Shown here one piece after another: positions 9,065 to 18,434 of a DNA stretch of 46,805 bases. The notes under the pieces are model-generated. The model ran no database searches, was not told where the DNA came from, and worked only from the letters and a program-made list of their open reading frames with translations. The DNA is taken from assembly GCA_001770575.1 (NCBI GenBank), contig MERK01000083.1, positions 1 to 46,805 of the forward strand, in the 5' to 3' direction. A program made the position numbers and the translations under genes. Each line of letters begins with the position of its first letter. The stretch's first letter is position 1. This stretch comes from Betaproteobacteria bacterium RIFCSPLOWO2_12_FULL_64_23. GTDB lineage: Bacteria > Pseudomonadota > Gammaproteobacteria > Burkholderiales > SG8-39.

Positions 9065-10405
9065 ATGCGCTGCTTCATCGGTATCGACCTCGGCTCGACC
9101 ACCACCAAGGCGGTGGTGATCGACGAAGACCGCAACATCCTCGGACGCGGCATCACCAACTCGCGCTCGAACTACGACACCGCGGCCGCGATCGCCAAGC
9201 AGGAGGCGCTGGTCAACACGCGCTTTCACCTGTTCCGCAATGCGCTGTCAAAATCCCACGCGCTCAACGGCAGGCTCGAGGATTTTCTCGGCCACCTGGA
9301 GCGCGACTTCCGCCTGGAGCAGTTCCTGGAACAGCTTGCCGACCTGGAGGCCACCTGCCGCCGCAACGCCGAAGGCACGCGCTTCGGCGAGCACGCGGCA
9401 GCGGTCGCGATGGCGCTGACCGAGGTGTTCAAGCGCCTGCAGGCGGAGGCGCCGGCGCTGTTCGCGCCGGGGGCGAAGCGCAAGTCGGATTTTTTCCGCG
9501 ACATCGCCGGCAGCCGCTACCTCGCCATCGGCGAGACGGTTTCCAAGGAAATGGGCCTGCGCTACGACATGGTGCTCAACGTGTTCGACCGCTCGATCAT
9601 CGAAGTCGAGAACCGCGTCTACGCCGACGCCATGACCACCAACCTGATGCGCGCGCTGGAGCGCACCTTCCGCGGCATGCCCGAAACCGCCGGCCGCGCG
9701 GACGCCATCCGCGCCCCGATCCAGGGCGTGCTCGACACCGAACTCGAGGAGAGCTACGTCATCGGCACCGGCTACGGCCGCGCGCGCCTGCCCTTCTCCA
9801 AGGAGCACATCCGCTCCGAAATCCTGTGCCACGGCCTGGGCGCGCATGTGATGTACCCGGGCACGGCCACCGTGCTCGACATCGGCGGCCAGGACACCAA
9901 GGCGATCCAGGTGGACAAGCACGGCATCGTCGAGAGTTTCCAGATGAACGACCGCTGCGCCGCCGGCTGCGGCCGCTACCTCGGTTACATCGCCGACGAG
10001 ATGAACATGGGCCTGCACGAGCTCGGGCCGCTGGCGATGAAGGCGACCAAAAACGTGCGCATCAATTCCACCTGCACCGTGTTCGCCGGCGCCGAGCTGC
10101 GCGACCGCCTGTCGCTGGGCGAAAAGCGCGAAGACATCATGCTCGGCCTGCACCGCGCCATCATTCTGCGCGCGATGTCGATCCTGGCGCGCTCGGGCGG
10201 CGTGCGCAACGAGTTCACTTTCACCGGGGGCGTGGCCAAGAACGAGGCCGCGGTGAAGTCGCTGACGGAGCTGGTGCACGAGAACTACGGCGAAATCAGG
10301 CTCAATATCGATCCCGATTCGATCTACACCGGGGCGCTCGGCGGCGCGACGTTCGCCTGGCGCGCGGTGGTCGAGGAAGGAAAGACGGTTGAAGCAAGAA
10401 CATGA
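9065..10405 (+). CDS. bcrA: Class I benzoyl-CoA reductase subunit A (ASKHA ATPase)
   Basis: [31 protein letters not shown] and INSTCTVFA, plus the BcrA-type N-terminal insert. Confidence 0.95.
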   Translation: MRCFIGIDLGSTTTKAVVIDEDRNILGRGITNSRSNYDTAAAIAKQEALVNTRFHLFRNALSKSHALNGRLEDFLGHLERDFRLEQFLEQLADLEATCRRNAEGTRFGEHAAAVAMALTEVFKRLQAEAPALFAPGAKRKSDFFRDIAGSRYLAIGETVSKEMGLRYDMVLNVFDRSIIEVENRVYADAMTTNLMRALERTFRGMPETAGRADAIRAPIQGVLDTELEESYVIGTGYGRARLPFSKEHIRSEILCHGLGAHVMYPGTATVLDIGGQDTKAIQVDKHGIVESFQMNDRCAAGCGRYLGYIADEMNMGLHELGPLAMKATKNVRINSTCTVFAGAELRDRLSLGEKREDIMLGLHRAIILRAMSILARSGGVRNEFTFTGGVAKNEAAVKSLTELVHENYGEIRLNIDPDSIYTGALGGATFAWRAVVEEGKTVEART

Positions 10406-10430
10406 ATAGCAGCACAACCGAGACGGTAAA

Positions 10431-11273
10431 ATGACAATCAGCGTGGGCATCGACATCGGCTCCGGCGTCGTCAAGACGGCGCTGTTCAAAACGCAAGGCG
10501 GCGAGAGCGAATGGCTCGCGCGGCGCGTCGAGCGCATCCGCAAGCGCGACAATATGCAGCTGGCGAAAGCGGGTTACGACGAAGTGCTCGAGGAAGCGGG
10601 GCTCAAGCCCGCCGACGTCGATTACGTCGCCACCACCGGTGAAGGCGAGAACGTCAAGTTCGCCACCGGGCATTTCTACTCCATGACCACGCACGCCCGC
10701 GGCGCCATTTTTCTCAACCCGGACGCGCGCGGCGTGGTGGACATCGGCGCGCTCAACGGCCGCGCCATCTACGTCGACGCGCGCGGCAAGGTGCTGGCCT
10801 ACAAAATGACCAGCCAGTGCGCCTCGGGATCGGGCCAGTTCCTGGAAAACATCGCGCGCTACCTCGGCGTCGCGGTCGAGGAAATCGGGCCGCTGTCGCG
10901 CTCGGCGCAGACGCCGGAGAAGATCAGCTCGATCTGCGCCGTGCTGGCGGAGACCGATGTCATCAACATGGTCTCGCGCGGCATCCCCACGCCCGACATC
11001 CTCAAAGGCATCCATCTCTCCATGGCCTCGCGCCTGGTGAAGCTGCTGAAGGTGACCGGCATCATGAAGGACACGGTGCTGCTCACCGGCGGCCTCGCGC
11101 TCGACGTGGGCCTGCTGCTGGCGGTGCAGGAAGAGCTGGTCAATGAGAAAATTACCGGACTGACCGTGGTCAACCACCCCGACTCGATTTGCGCCGGAGC
11201 GATCGGCGCGGCCTTGTGGGGCGCGTTCAGGCATGGCAAGCTGCGCGAACTGCAGCAGCGTGCCGCAGCCTGA
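10431..11273 (+). CDS. bcrD: Class I benzoyl-CoA reductase subunit D
   Basis: GIDIGS, TTGEGE, MTSQCASGSGQFLENIARYL and SSICAVLAETD. Confidence 0.95.
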   Translation: MTISVGIDIGSGVVKTALFKTQGGESEWLARRVERIRKRDNMQLAKAGYDEVLEEAGLKPADVDYVATTGEGENVKFATGHFYSMTTHARGAIFLNPDARGVVDIGALNGRAIYVDARGKVLAYKMTSQCASGSGQFLENIARYLGVAVEEIGPLSRSAQTPEKISSICAVLAETDVINMVSRGIPTPDILKGIHLSMASRLVKLLKVTGIMKDTVLLTGGLALDVGLLLAVQEELVNEKITGLTVVNHPDSICAGAIGAALWGAFRHGKLRELQQRAAA

Positions 11274-11304
11274 CTCTGTGAACGATTATTGAAAGGAAAC
11301 CATC

Positions 11305-11547
11305 ATGGCGCTGCTCATCAACGAAGACTGCACCGACTGCGACGCATGCGTCGAATCCTGCCCGAACAAAGCGATTACGGCGGCGACTCCTTATGTCATC
11401 GATGCAGCGCTGTGCACCGAGTGCGTAGGCGCCCATGACGAGCCGCAATGCATGCTGGTGTGCCCCGCCGACTGCATCGTCCCGCACCCGGACTTCCGCG
11501 AGAGCAAGGAGGAATTGCTGGCGAAGTACCATAGCCTGCACGGCTGA
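11305..11547 (+). CDS. fdx: 2[4Fe-4S] ferredoxin (Allochromatium/YfhL type), likely BCR electron donor
   Basis: CxxCxxCxxxCP and CxxC-x8-CxxxCP motifs; immediately after bcrD. Confidence 0.92.
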   Translation: MALLINEDCTDCDACVESCPNKAITAATPYVIDAALCTECVGAHDEPQCMLVCPADCIVPHPDFRESKEELLAKYHSLHG

Positions 11548-11578
11548 TCTCCCCCGGCCGGGTCTGCCCCCGGGGCGG

Positions 11579-11687
11579 ACGCTTCACCCGGGCCAGCGTG
11601 CCGTTTTCCCTGGCCGGTTACATCCGCGAGATTCGAGAGCAGCATCCAAACGCTTCACCCGGGCCAGCGTGCCGTTTTCCCTGGCCG
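11579..11687. repeat. Two identical 38-bp direct repeats separated by a 33-bp unique spacer (CRISPR-like geometry)
   Basis: ACGCTTCACCCGGGCCAGCGTGCCGTTTTCCCTGGCCG at 11579-11616 and 11650-11687; internal GGCCAG...CTGGCC palindrome. Confidence 0.85.
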
Positions 11688-11716
11688 CCGCCGGTCCCCG
11701 GTACACTGGCTGAACC

Positions 11717-12334
11717 ATGTATTACGGAGAACGCCTCAACAGCATCACCCACCTCGCCGGCACGCTGCTCGCCGCCGTCGGCGCGCCGGCGCTGATCGTC
11801 CTCGCCGCGCGCAGCGGCGATGCCTGGAAAATCGTCGGCTGCGCCACCTACGGCGTGGCGCTGTTCCTGCTCTACGGGGCTTCGACCCTTTACCACAGCG
11901 TGCGCGGACGGGCCAAAACGATCCTGCGCAAGCTCGATCACTGCTCGATCTATCTCCTCATCGCCGGCACCTACACGCCGTTCGCGCTGGTGACCTTGCG
12001 CGGACCCTGGGGCTGGACCCTGTTCGCTCTGGCCTGGGGGCTGGCGGCGCTCGGTATCGCGCAGGAATTCGTGTTCGGCAGGGGCGCGCGCCGCCTGTCG
12101 ATCCTGATCTACGTCGTCATGGGATGGATGGGCGCAGCCGCGCTGCGTCCGCTGGCCGCGGGGTTGGGCGCGCCCGGGCTGGCTTGGCTGCTCGCCGGCG
12201 GCCTGCTCTACAGCGGCGGCATCGCATTTTATCTGCTCGACGAGCGCGTGCGTCACTTTCACGGCGTGTGGCATCTGTTCGTGCTCGGGGGCAGCGCGGC
12301 GCATTTCATTGCGATCGCTTTCTATGTCGCCTGA
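11717..12334 (+). CDS. Hemolysin III/PAQR family membrane protein (TrhA-like)
   Basis: ERLNSITH, STLYH, KLDHCSIYLLIAGTYTPF and HGVWHLFV motifs; about 7 hydrophobic segments. Confidence 0.92.
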   Translation: MYYGERLNSITHLAGTLLAAVGAPALIVLAARSGDAWKIVGCATYGVALFLLYGASTLYHSVRGRAKTILRKLDHCSIYLLIAGTYTPFALVTLRGPWGWTLFALAWGLAALGIAQEFVFGRGARRLSILIYVVMGWMGAAALRPLAAGLGAPGLAWLLAGGLLYSGGIAFYLLDERVRHFHGVWHLFVLGGSAAHFIAIAFYVA

Positions 12335-12340
12335 GCTTGA

Positions 12341-12405
12341 ATTCGCGAGTCCCAGAAGGGGATTTTCCCCTCTAGGGGGATCGAGACCTCCGGGGACTCG
12401 CGAAT
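12341..12405. terminator. Long GC-rich stem-loop between convergent genes (possible bidirectional terminator or REP-like element)
   Basis: ATTCGCGAGTCCC (12341) and GGGACTCGCGAAT (12393-12405) are perfect 13-bp inverted repeats; there is no U-tract. Confidence 0.5.
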
Positions 12406-12424
12406 GCCCCACGCCCCCCGGGAA

Positions 12425-13453
12425 TCAGGCCAGCCGTTTAATGAACTCCAGCCGCTGGCTCGAGCCGAAGCCGGCGCGATAAAAGAATTCGAGCAGGGCG
12501 AAGTTATCGCGCGCGACGACGGTCGCGAGCCGTTCGACGCGCAGCGCCTCGAGGTTGACGAACAACTGCGACAGCAGCGCTGTGCCGATGCCCGCGCCGG
12601 TGAAGCCAGGATCGACGCCTATGGTGTCGATCACCGCCACCGGCTCGGTGCGGCCGAAATCGCCGAAGTCGACGCCGGCCATGATGTAGCCGGTGGCGGA
12701 TCCGTCCTGACGCGCCACCAGCGAAACGCGGACTGCCGAATCCTGCAGCGCCTCGTCCACCACGCGGCCGATGTAGGCGCTGCGGTCGCGGCCCATGATG
12801 CGCCGGTCGATGCGCACGATCTGCTCTAGGTCCGCGCGCTCGAGCGAGCGCACGTCGGCACGGTCGCGCGCCAGCGCCTCGAAATCGTTGGCCTGAGCTA
12901 TGCTGTGGTCGATTTCCGCACTCAGGCGATGGTGCTCCGGCGCCACGACTTTTTCCTGGTCCCCGCTGCCGATGCGTCCGGCATGGATTCCGCAATCGAT
13001 CACCTGGTTGCCGCCGAGCTGGAAGCCGGCATGATCGAGGAAACTCAGCATGGCGTGGTCTTTCCATGCCGCTTGCGTGCGCACCTCGTACACGCCGTGC
13101 TTGCGCCCATCGGCCTCCAACGCGCCGAGCAACGCATCACCGTAGCCATGCCCCTGCTCCGCCGGCCGCACGCTGATCACTTCCAGCCGCAACGCCGGCT
13201 CGACGCGGCCGAATTCGCCCTCCAGCTTGCGCGCGAGCACGTAGCCCTCGAGCACGCCGTCTTCCTCGGCCGCGAACTGCGTATGCAGGCCCGGCGCGCG
13301 CAGCGCTGCCTGCAGGCGGCGCTCGAAATAGGCGCGGCGCGAGCGGCCGGTGATTTGCGCGTCAATCTCGACCACGGTGTCCAGGTCCTGCGCGGCAAGC
13401 CGCCGCAACTTCACGCCGGAAAGGGGACCCGCCTGTGCACGCTCCGCCATCAT
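12425..13453 (-). CDS. Tandem (two-domain) GNAT acetyltransferase, BadL-like domains
   Basis: Two repeats of 'DL..(V/I)V.ID....GR.R.AY', 'G(E/D)FGR.EP' and the acetyl-CoA motif 'GHGYG/GAGIG'. Confidence 0.85.
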   Translation of the reverse strand: MMAERAQAGPLSGVKLRRLAAQDLDTVVEIDAQITGRSRRAYFERRLQAALRAPGLHTQFAAEEDGVLEGYVLARKLEGEFGRVEPALRLEVISVRPAEQGHGYGDALLGALEADGRKHGVYEVRTQAAWKDHAMLSFLDHAGFQLGGNQVIDCGIHAGRIGSGDQEKVVAPEHHRLSAEIDHSIAQANDFEALARDRADVRSLERADLEQIVRIDRRIMGRDRSAYIGRVVDEALQDSAVRVSLVARQDGSATGYIMAGVDFGDFGRTEPVAVIDTIGVDPGFTGAGIGTALLSQLFVNLEALRVERLATVVARDNFALLEFFYRAGFGSSQRLEFIKRLA

Positions 13454-13462
13454 GTTCTCCCG

Positions 13463-13963
13463 TCAGCCTGCCGCGTAGGCGCCGAACAACTCGCGATCCG
13501 TGTCCTCGTCGAGCAGGTTCTCGAGCACGGGCAGCAGAGCGCCGTCTTCCTTCTGCGCATGCGAACCAAGGCGTTCGCTGAACTCCAGTGCGAGCGTCTT
13601 CATCGCCTGCCATTGCTGCGGCTGCAATCCGCCGGCGAACGCCCGGCGCAGCAGATCGGCGAGCGACTGCGCCACGGCGCGGATGGTGACATGCTCCTCG
13701 TTGAGCAGCGCCGCCAGATCCCCGTCCCCGGCCTCCTCCAGGCGCGGGAACAGGTCCCGCTCCTCGAATTCGAAATGGCGCGCGACCTCGACCTCGATCG
13801 CCGACAGCAGCGCACGCGCGAACGCGCGCCATTCGGGATCGTCCGCCAAGGGCGGATAGGCGCCGGCGCGGCCGGTAAACACGCGCTCGACGCGGGCGAG
13901 CAGCTGCACCGTCGCGGCGTGCTCTTCATACAGTCGTCTATTCGTCTGGCGCTGGAACTCCAT
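13463..13963 (-). CDS. Hemerythrin-like (HHE) domain protein
   Basis: EEH...HFEFEERDLFP...EEH...HAQKED pattern; start chosen at MEFQRQ. Confidence 0.85.
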   Translation of the reverse strand: MEFQRQTNRRLYEEHAATVQLLARVERVFTGRAGAYPPLADDPEWRAFARALLSAIEVEVARHFEFEERDLFPRLEEAGDGDLAALLNEEHVTIRAVAQSLADLLRRAFAGGLQPQQWQAMKTLALEFSERLGSHAQKEDGALLPVLENLLDEDTDRELFGAYAAG

Positions 13964-13995
13964 GCCCTGCGTCGCTCCGATTTGGACTCTTTCTG

Positions 13996-14037
13996 GTATT
14001 CTAGTACCACAATACCAATTTATCCACCCTGCGTCAA
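13996..14037 (-). promoter_or_regulatory. sigma70 promoter for the hemerythrin-GNAT operon with overlapping 20-bp operator
   Basis: Minus strand TTGACG (14037-14032), 17 bp, TATTGT preceded by TG (extended -10); operator GTATTCTAGTACCACAATAC at 13996-14015. Confidence 0.7.
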
Positions 14038-14162
14038 GGCAGGCCCGATACCACGCCGGCGAGCTTTGTCCAGCGCATCGGAAACCGCACAGCAATCCAG
14101 GCGCGCGAGCCGCTGCACCGCCGAGGCGGATTGTGCGGCCGTTCCCACGCTGATCTCCATCG

Positions 14163-15557
14163 TCAATTGAGCTTCGGCCGCAGGTCGCGCACCCTCACCG
14201 CCTTGCCCATCGAGCGCGGAATTTCGCCCGGCTCTTTCACCACCACGTCGGCGGTGACGCCGATGATCGATTTGATGTGATGGCGCACCGATTCGCCCAC
14301 GACCGCGCGCACCTCCACCGTGGGCACGGCATTCGGGAGCAGCTCGACCTCGACCGTCAAGTGGTCGAGGCTGCCCTTTCTCTCGACCACCAACTGGTAG
14401 TGCGGCGCAACGTCGGGCAGGCCCACCAGCACGGACTCGATCTGCGACGGGTAGACGTTCACGCCGCGGATGATCAGCATGTCGTCGTTTCGACCGGTGA
14501 TGCGCTTGATGCGCACATGCGTGCGGCCGCAGACGCAGCGCTCGTTGGAGAGGCGGGTGATGTCGCGGGTGCGATAGCGGATCATCGGCAGTGCCTCCTT
14601 GGTGAGCGTGGTGATCACCAGCTCGCCCGCCGCGCCCTCCTTCAGCGCCTTGCCGCTGTCAGGATCGATCACCTCGAAAATGAAGTGATCCTCCCAACCG
14701 TGCAGGCCGGCCTGCCCCTCGACGCACTCGCAGGCGACACCCGGGCCCATGATTTCCGACAGGCCGTAAATGTCGACCGCTTTCAGCCCCAGGCGCGCCT
14801 CTACCTCGCGCCGCATGCCCTCGCTCCAGGGCTCGGCGCCGAATATGCCGATCTCGAGCCTGGATTTGCGCAAATCCACGCCCTCCTTCTCCGCCACCTC
14901 GGCGATCGCGAGCGCATAGGACGGCGTCGCGCACAGCACGCGCGCGCCGAAGTCGTTGATCAGCACGATCTGGCGCTCGGTGCTGCCGCCGGACATCGGC
15001 ACCACCGTTGCCCCCAGCCGCTCCGCGCCGTAGTGGGCGCCGAGGCCGCCGGTAAACAGGCCGTAGCCGTAGGCGTTGTGGATGACATCGCCCGGCCGTG
15101 CACCGGCACAGGCCATGGAGCGCGCCATCAAATCAGCCCAGGTGGCGATGTCCTTCGCCGTATAACCGACCACGGTCGGCTTGCCGGTGGTCCCCGAGGA
15201 CGCGTGCAGCCTCACCACCTCGGTACGCGGACGCGCGAACAGGCCGAACGGGTAGTGGTCGCGCAAATCGGTTTTCAGCGTGAACGATAAGTTGGCGAGG
15301 TCTTCCAGGCGCTTCAGGTCGCCGGGTTCGAAACCCAGCGCTTTCATGCGCCGGCGCTGGAACGGCACGTTGTCATAGGCGTTCTTGAGGCTCGCCTTCA
15401 GCCGCCGCAACTGCAACCGCGCAAGTTCCGCGCGCGGCATGGTTTCCGCTGCCGCGTCGAACTTGTACGCGCGGGCCGCGCGTTCGGGCGCGGGCTTGCG
15501 CGCCACGCCCGCCTTTTTCGCCGCCGCGCCGCTTCTGCCCTTGGTCTGAATGCCCAT
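14163..15557 (-). CDS. paaK: Phenylacetate-CoA ligase (PaaK/PadJ)
   Basis: HASSGTTGKPTVVGYT, YGYGLFTGGLGAHYGAE, DIYGLSEIMGPGV and RYRTRD; RBS GGAGG. Confidence 0.93.
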   Translation of the reverse strand: MGIQTKGRSGAAAKKAGVARKPAPERAARAYKFDAAAETMPRAELARLQLRRLKASLKNAYDNVPFQRRRMKALGFEPGDLKRLEDLANLSFTLKTDLRDHYPFGLFARPRTEVVRLHASSGTTGKPTVVGYTAKDIATWADLMARSMACAGARPGDVIHNAYGYGLFTGGLGAHYGAERLGATVVPMSGGSTERQIVLINDFGARVLCATPSYALAIAEVAEKEGVDLRKSRLEIGIFGAEPWSEGMRREVEARLGLKAVDIYGLSEIMGPGVACECVEGQAGLHGWEDHFIFEVIDPDSGKALKEGAAGELVITTLTKEALPMIRYRTRDITRLSNERCVCGRTHVRIKRITGRNDDMLIIRGVNVYPSQIESVLVGLPDVAPHYQLVVERKGSLDHLTVEVELLPNAVPTVEVRAVVGESVRHHIKSIIGVTADVVVKEPGEIPRSMGKAVRVRDLRPKLN

Positions 15558-15630
15558 GCTCTACCCTCCTTGCCTGAATTGTATTCCAGCCACGGCAACC
15601 GTGGCGCCGCGTGAACGCGGGTGTCATTTG

Positions 15631-15854
15631 GCGCGGACGAAAACCCGTCCGCGCGGATCGCCGATCCCGTACGGATGAAAAGCACATCCGCACGCGATCG
15701 GCGATCTTGTATAAAACCCCCACCCCCTGTTTGGTGTTGCCATAACCGTGTTTTACGTACGGATGCGCTTTTCATCCGTACATAAAACACGGTTGGCGCG
15801 CGCAGCGCGCAAGGGTTTTCGTCGCATGCGACGGGATCATTTAAGACGCCGTAT
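15631..15854. repeat. Multi-hairpin intergenic element, copy 2
   Basis: Hairpins at 15631-15654, 15656-15706 and 15744-15794, then GGCGCGCGCAGCGCGCA and the tail CATTTAAGACGCCGTAT shared with copy 3. Confidence 0.85.
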
Positions 15855-16257
15855 TCGCCTGTGCCTTGGCGAGTTTTGCTTTTAGCCTTTGTGCCGTTTT
15901 TTCGATCCCGACGATGAAACGGTTGTGCTTGCCGCGCGCAACTTCTTCCACCGCATCGCGCGCGGAAAAATCAAAGCACACGGCACCGCCATCGACCGCG
16001 CTCAGGGTGACGCTGATGTCCACCCACATGCCCATCAGGGTGGCGCCGACATGATCGAGCTCCACCCGGGTGCCGACGGAGTCCTTGCCCGGCTCGATGT
16101 GTTCGAGCAACAGATCGCGGCAGGCCATCTCGATGTCGTACAGCAGGTTGGGCGTCGAATAGACCCGGCAATCGTCGCCCATGAAGCTGATGGTGCGATC
16201 GCGGTCGATGTCAACGCGCCGGGTGGCGCTAAGGCCGGCTTTAAGCGGCTCGCTCAT
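15841..16257 (-). CDS. Hotdog-fold thioesterase (FlK-like)
   Basis: 'VYSTP..L..IE' and 'SVGTRVELDHVGAT', consistent with the FlK Thr/Glu/His triad. Confidence 0.85.
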   Translation of the reverse strand: MSEPLKAGLSATRRVDIDRDRTISFMGDDCRVYSTPNLLYDIEMACRDLLLEHIEPGKDSVGTRVELDHVGATLMGMWVDISVTLSAVDGGAVCFDFSARDAVEEVARGKHNRFIVGIEKTAQRLKAKLAKAQANTAS

Positions 16258-16308
16258 GGTTGGTCCTCTGGTGTTGTGTTGGAACTATGGCATCAAGACG
16301 CAATCAAA

Positions 16309-18393
16309 TCACCCGCGTTTTCTGAGCGCGTCGGCGTAGAGCCGCGCCTCGACGTAGCGCACCAGCGCCCTGGTGCCGCGCCCGCAGTTGCGAAACACGC
16401 AGACGCCTTGATCCATCAGGCCCGCGGACATCGCGTCATAGAGCGTGCCGCCGTCGATGATGCCGACGACCGGCTTGTCGTTGCGATTGACTATGGGCGG
16501 CATCAGATGCACCGTGCTTTTCGCGTCCTTGATATCATAACCGGGCCGCAGCTTGCTCTCCTCCAGCGCCCGCACCGACGGGGCAGTCGGGTCCAGCCCG
16601 ACCACGACCGCGTCGATGTTCGGATCCTGCAGGAAAGCCTCGGTGATCTGCAGGTGGGCTTCGTCATCGGCGCCGGGATTGATGTCGATGGGGTTTCTGA
16701 CTTCCACCAGCGCGTCCAGTTTCTTCGCCACCAGGATCTCTTCCACGCGCTTGACCGTGTCCGCTTCCAGGGCGCCCATTTCCATCGAGAAGTTATCCGA
16801 TTCGATCGAGTCGGCCATGCCGACCGCCTCGAAACCCGCACCGCTGATGGCGCCCAGGCGCTTGCCGTGGATTTCCTTTTGGTGCAGCGCGCCGGCGATG
16901 TAGAGCAAATCGTCGAAGCTGGTGAAATCCTCGGCGACGATCGCGCCGGCCTGGCGCACCACCGACTCAAACAGCGTCGGACCACCGGCAATGGACGCGG
17001 TATGGCCCATGACGCCGCCCGCGCCCGGAGCGGTCTTGCCCGATTTGTAGACCACCACCTGCTTGCCGTTTACCACCGCCCTGCGCACGGCCTTGGCGAA
17101 GTCGAGTCCGTCCAGGTCTTTGAAACCTTCGACGTATATGCCAATGGTTTCGATCTCCGGCCGCTCGCAAAAGTAGCTGAGCAGGTCGCCGTGAGTGAGA
17201 TCGGTCTGGTTGCCCAGGGCCAGCATGTAGCGCGGATCAAGCCACGGGTTCTGGCTCAGGCGGGTGATCATGAACGCCCCGCTCTGGCTCAGCATGACGG
17301 AATTTCTTTCCGCTTTCTTTTGCGGCTTCGGCAAGCGCTCGAGGGGGATGAACCAGGAGTCGTAGGAACCCGGATGCGACACCACGCCGAGGCAATTGGC
17401 GCCGAGGAAAATCGGCCCGCCGCCGACCTTGGCGTGGGCGGCATTGATCCTGAGCGCCAACGCCGCGGCGGGTTCCCTGCTCTTTTTCGTCTCACCCAGA
17501 CTGCCGGGAATCAGCATCACCGATTCCACCGCGTCGGTGTCGATGATTTCATCCACCAGGTCATAGACGGCACTGGCGGCCACCGCGACGATCAGCAGAT
17601 CGAGCTTTTGCTCCAGCGCTTTCAGGCTTTCTACGCACCTGACGCCATCGATCTCCTTCTCGCCCGGACGAATGATGGTCATGCGCTCCTTGCCGTAGCC
17701 GCTGCCCATCAGGTTGCGCAGGATAATCCGGCCGAAATTCATGCTGCCGGCGGAGACGCCGATAATGCCGATCGAGGCCGGGTGAATCAGCTTGTCGATC
17801 TTGTGGATCGGGCGGCGGAGACGGCCGGCAATCGGTGCGCCAAACTCGCACCGAGCCCGGTGCACCACCAACCGGTCGCCGACATGCACCGGATCGAGCT
17901 CCAGGGCCCGCAGCACGACGGCTGCCGCGGGATCGCCCGGTGCATACGCGCTTGCGAGCGCAAGCAGCCGTTCGAAGCAGGCCATGAGCTGCGCATCCGG
18001 GTGCGGCAGTCCTCCGCGTTTGACCAAGCCGGCCAGCTTTTGATAGGCAAGCGTGCGTTTGAACAGTCCCAGAAAATTCCCGGCATCCGTCAGCGCGGCC
18101 GCGGCGTATACCGAGGCGCGATCTTTCCTGAAATTATTTTCATCCGCTTCCGCATCGGGCCCGCCCAGTCCGGCACTGAGAACCATGCCGAATTCGCGCG
18201 TGTTGTTCAGGCTGATGCGCACTCCGACCGCAGGTGGCGCAGCGCCGTCCTTGAATCCGATGGCGAGACCGGATAACAGGGCGCCGAGCTCGGCGCTGTC
18301 GAGCGCGTCGCGCCCCGCGGCCGCGGCCTGCCGGAAAATTGCCGCGCTTCCTGAAATCAGCGAATCCGCGCTGGAGTTGGATGAATGCTGCAT
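16309..18393 (-). CDS. ADP-forming acyl-CoA synthetase family protein (partial ATP-grasp + CoA-binding + succinyl-CoA-ligase-like domains)
   Basis: 'PASIGIIGVS', 'LGANCLG', 'LSQSGA', 'LGNQTD', phospho-His motif 'GHTASIAG' and 'NPID'. N-terminal 'EFGMVLSAGLGG...LELDPV' is ATP-grasp-like. Start at MQHSS. Confidence 0.8.
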   Translation of the reverse strand: MQHSSNSSADSLISGSAAIFRQAAAAGRDALDSAELGALLSGLAIGFKDGAAPPAVGVRISLNNTREFGMVLSAGLGGPDAEADENNFRKDRASVYAAAALTDAGNFLGLFKRTLAYQKLAGLVKRGGLPHPDAQLMACFERLLALASAYAPGDPAAAVVLRALELDPVHVGDRLVVHRARCEFGAPIAGRLRRPIHKIDKLIHPASIGIIGVSAGSMNFGRIILRNLMGSGYGKERMTIIRPGEKEIDGVRCVESLKALEQKLDLLIVAVAASAVYDLVDEIIDTDAVESVMLIPGSLGETKKSREPAAALALRINAAHAKVGGGPIFLGANCLGVVSHPGSYDSWFIPLERLPKPQKKAERNSVMLSQSGAFMITRLSQNPWLDPRYMLALGNQTDLTHGDLLSYFCERPEIETIGIYVEGFKDLDGLDFAKAVRRAVVNGKQVVVYKSGKTAPGAGGVMGHTASIAGGPTLFESVVRQAGAIVAEDFTSFDDLLYIAGALHQKEIHGKRLGAISGAGFEAVGMADSIESDNFSMEMGALEADTVKRVEEILVAKKLDALVEVRNPIDINPGADDEAHLQITEAFLQDPNIDAVVVGLDPTAPSVRALEESKLRPGYDIKDAKSTVHLMPPIVNRNDKPVVGIIDGGTLYDAMSAGLMDQGVCVFRNCGRGTRALVRYVEARLYADALRKRG

Positions 18394-18434
18394 GGCGCTG
18401 GCTCCGTTTTGCGCCGCTGGACCGACGGCGGCGG

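Noticed and set aside
11579-11687. Functional CRISPR-Cas locus
   Set aside because: Only two repeats, no leader and no cas genes in the window; kept only as a repeat and a tentative finding.
11717-12334. Hemolysin toxin/virulence factor
   Set aside because: HlyIII/PAQR proteins are widespread membrane-homeostasis proteins; nothing supports a toxin role.
15631-15811. tRNA or known riboswitch in the hairpin clusters
   Set aside because: No cloverleaf, T-loop/D-loop consensus or recognisable aptamer motif.
15889-18276. 795-aa plus-strand ORF (and similar long ORFs at 19738-21780, 25682-27709, 39383-41536, 43147-45408, 29211-31019)
   Set aside because: Antisense shadows of well-supported genes in high-GC DNA; no recognisable motifs.
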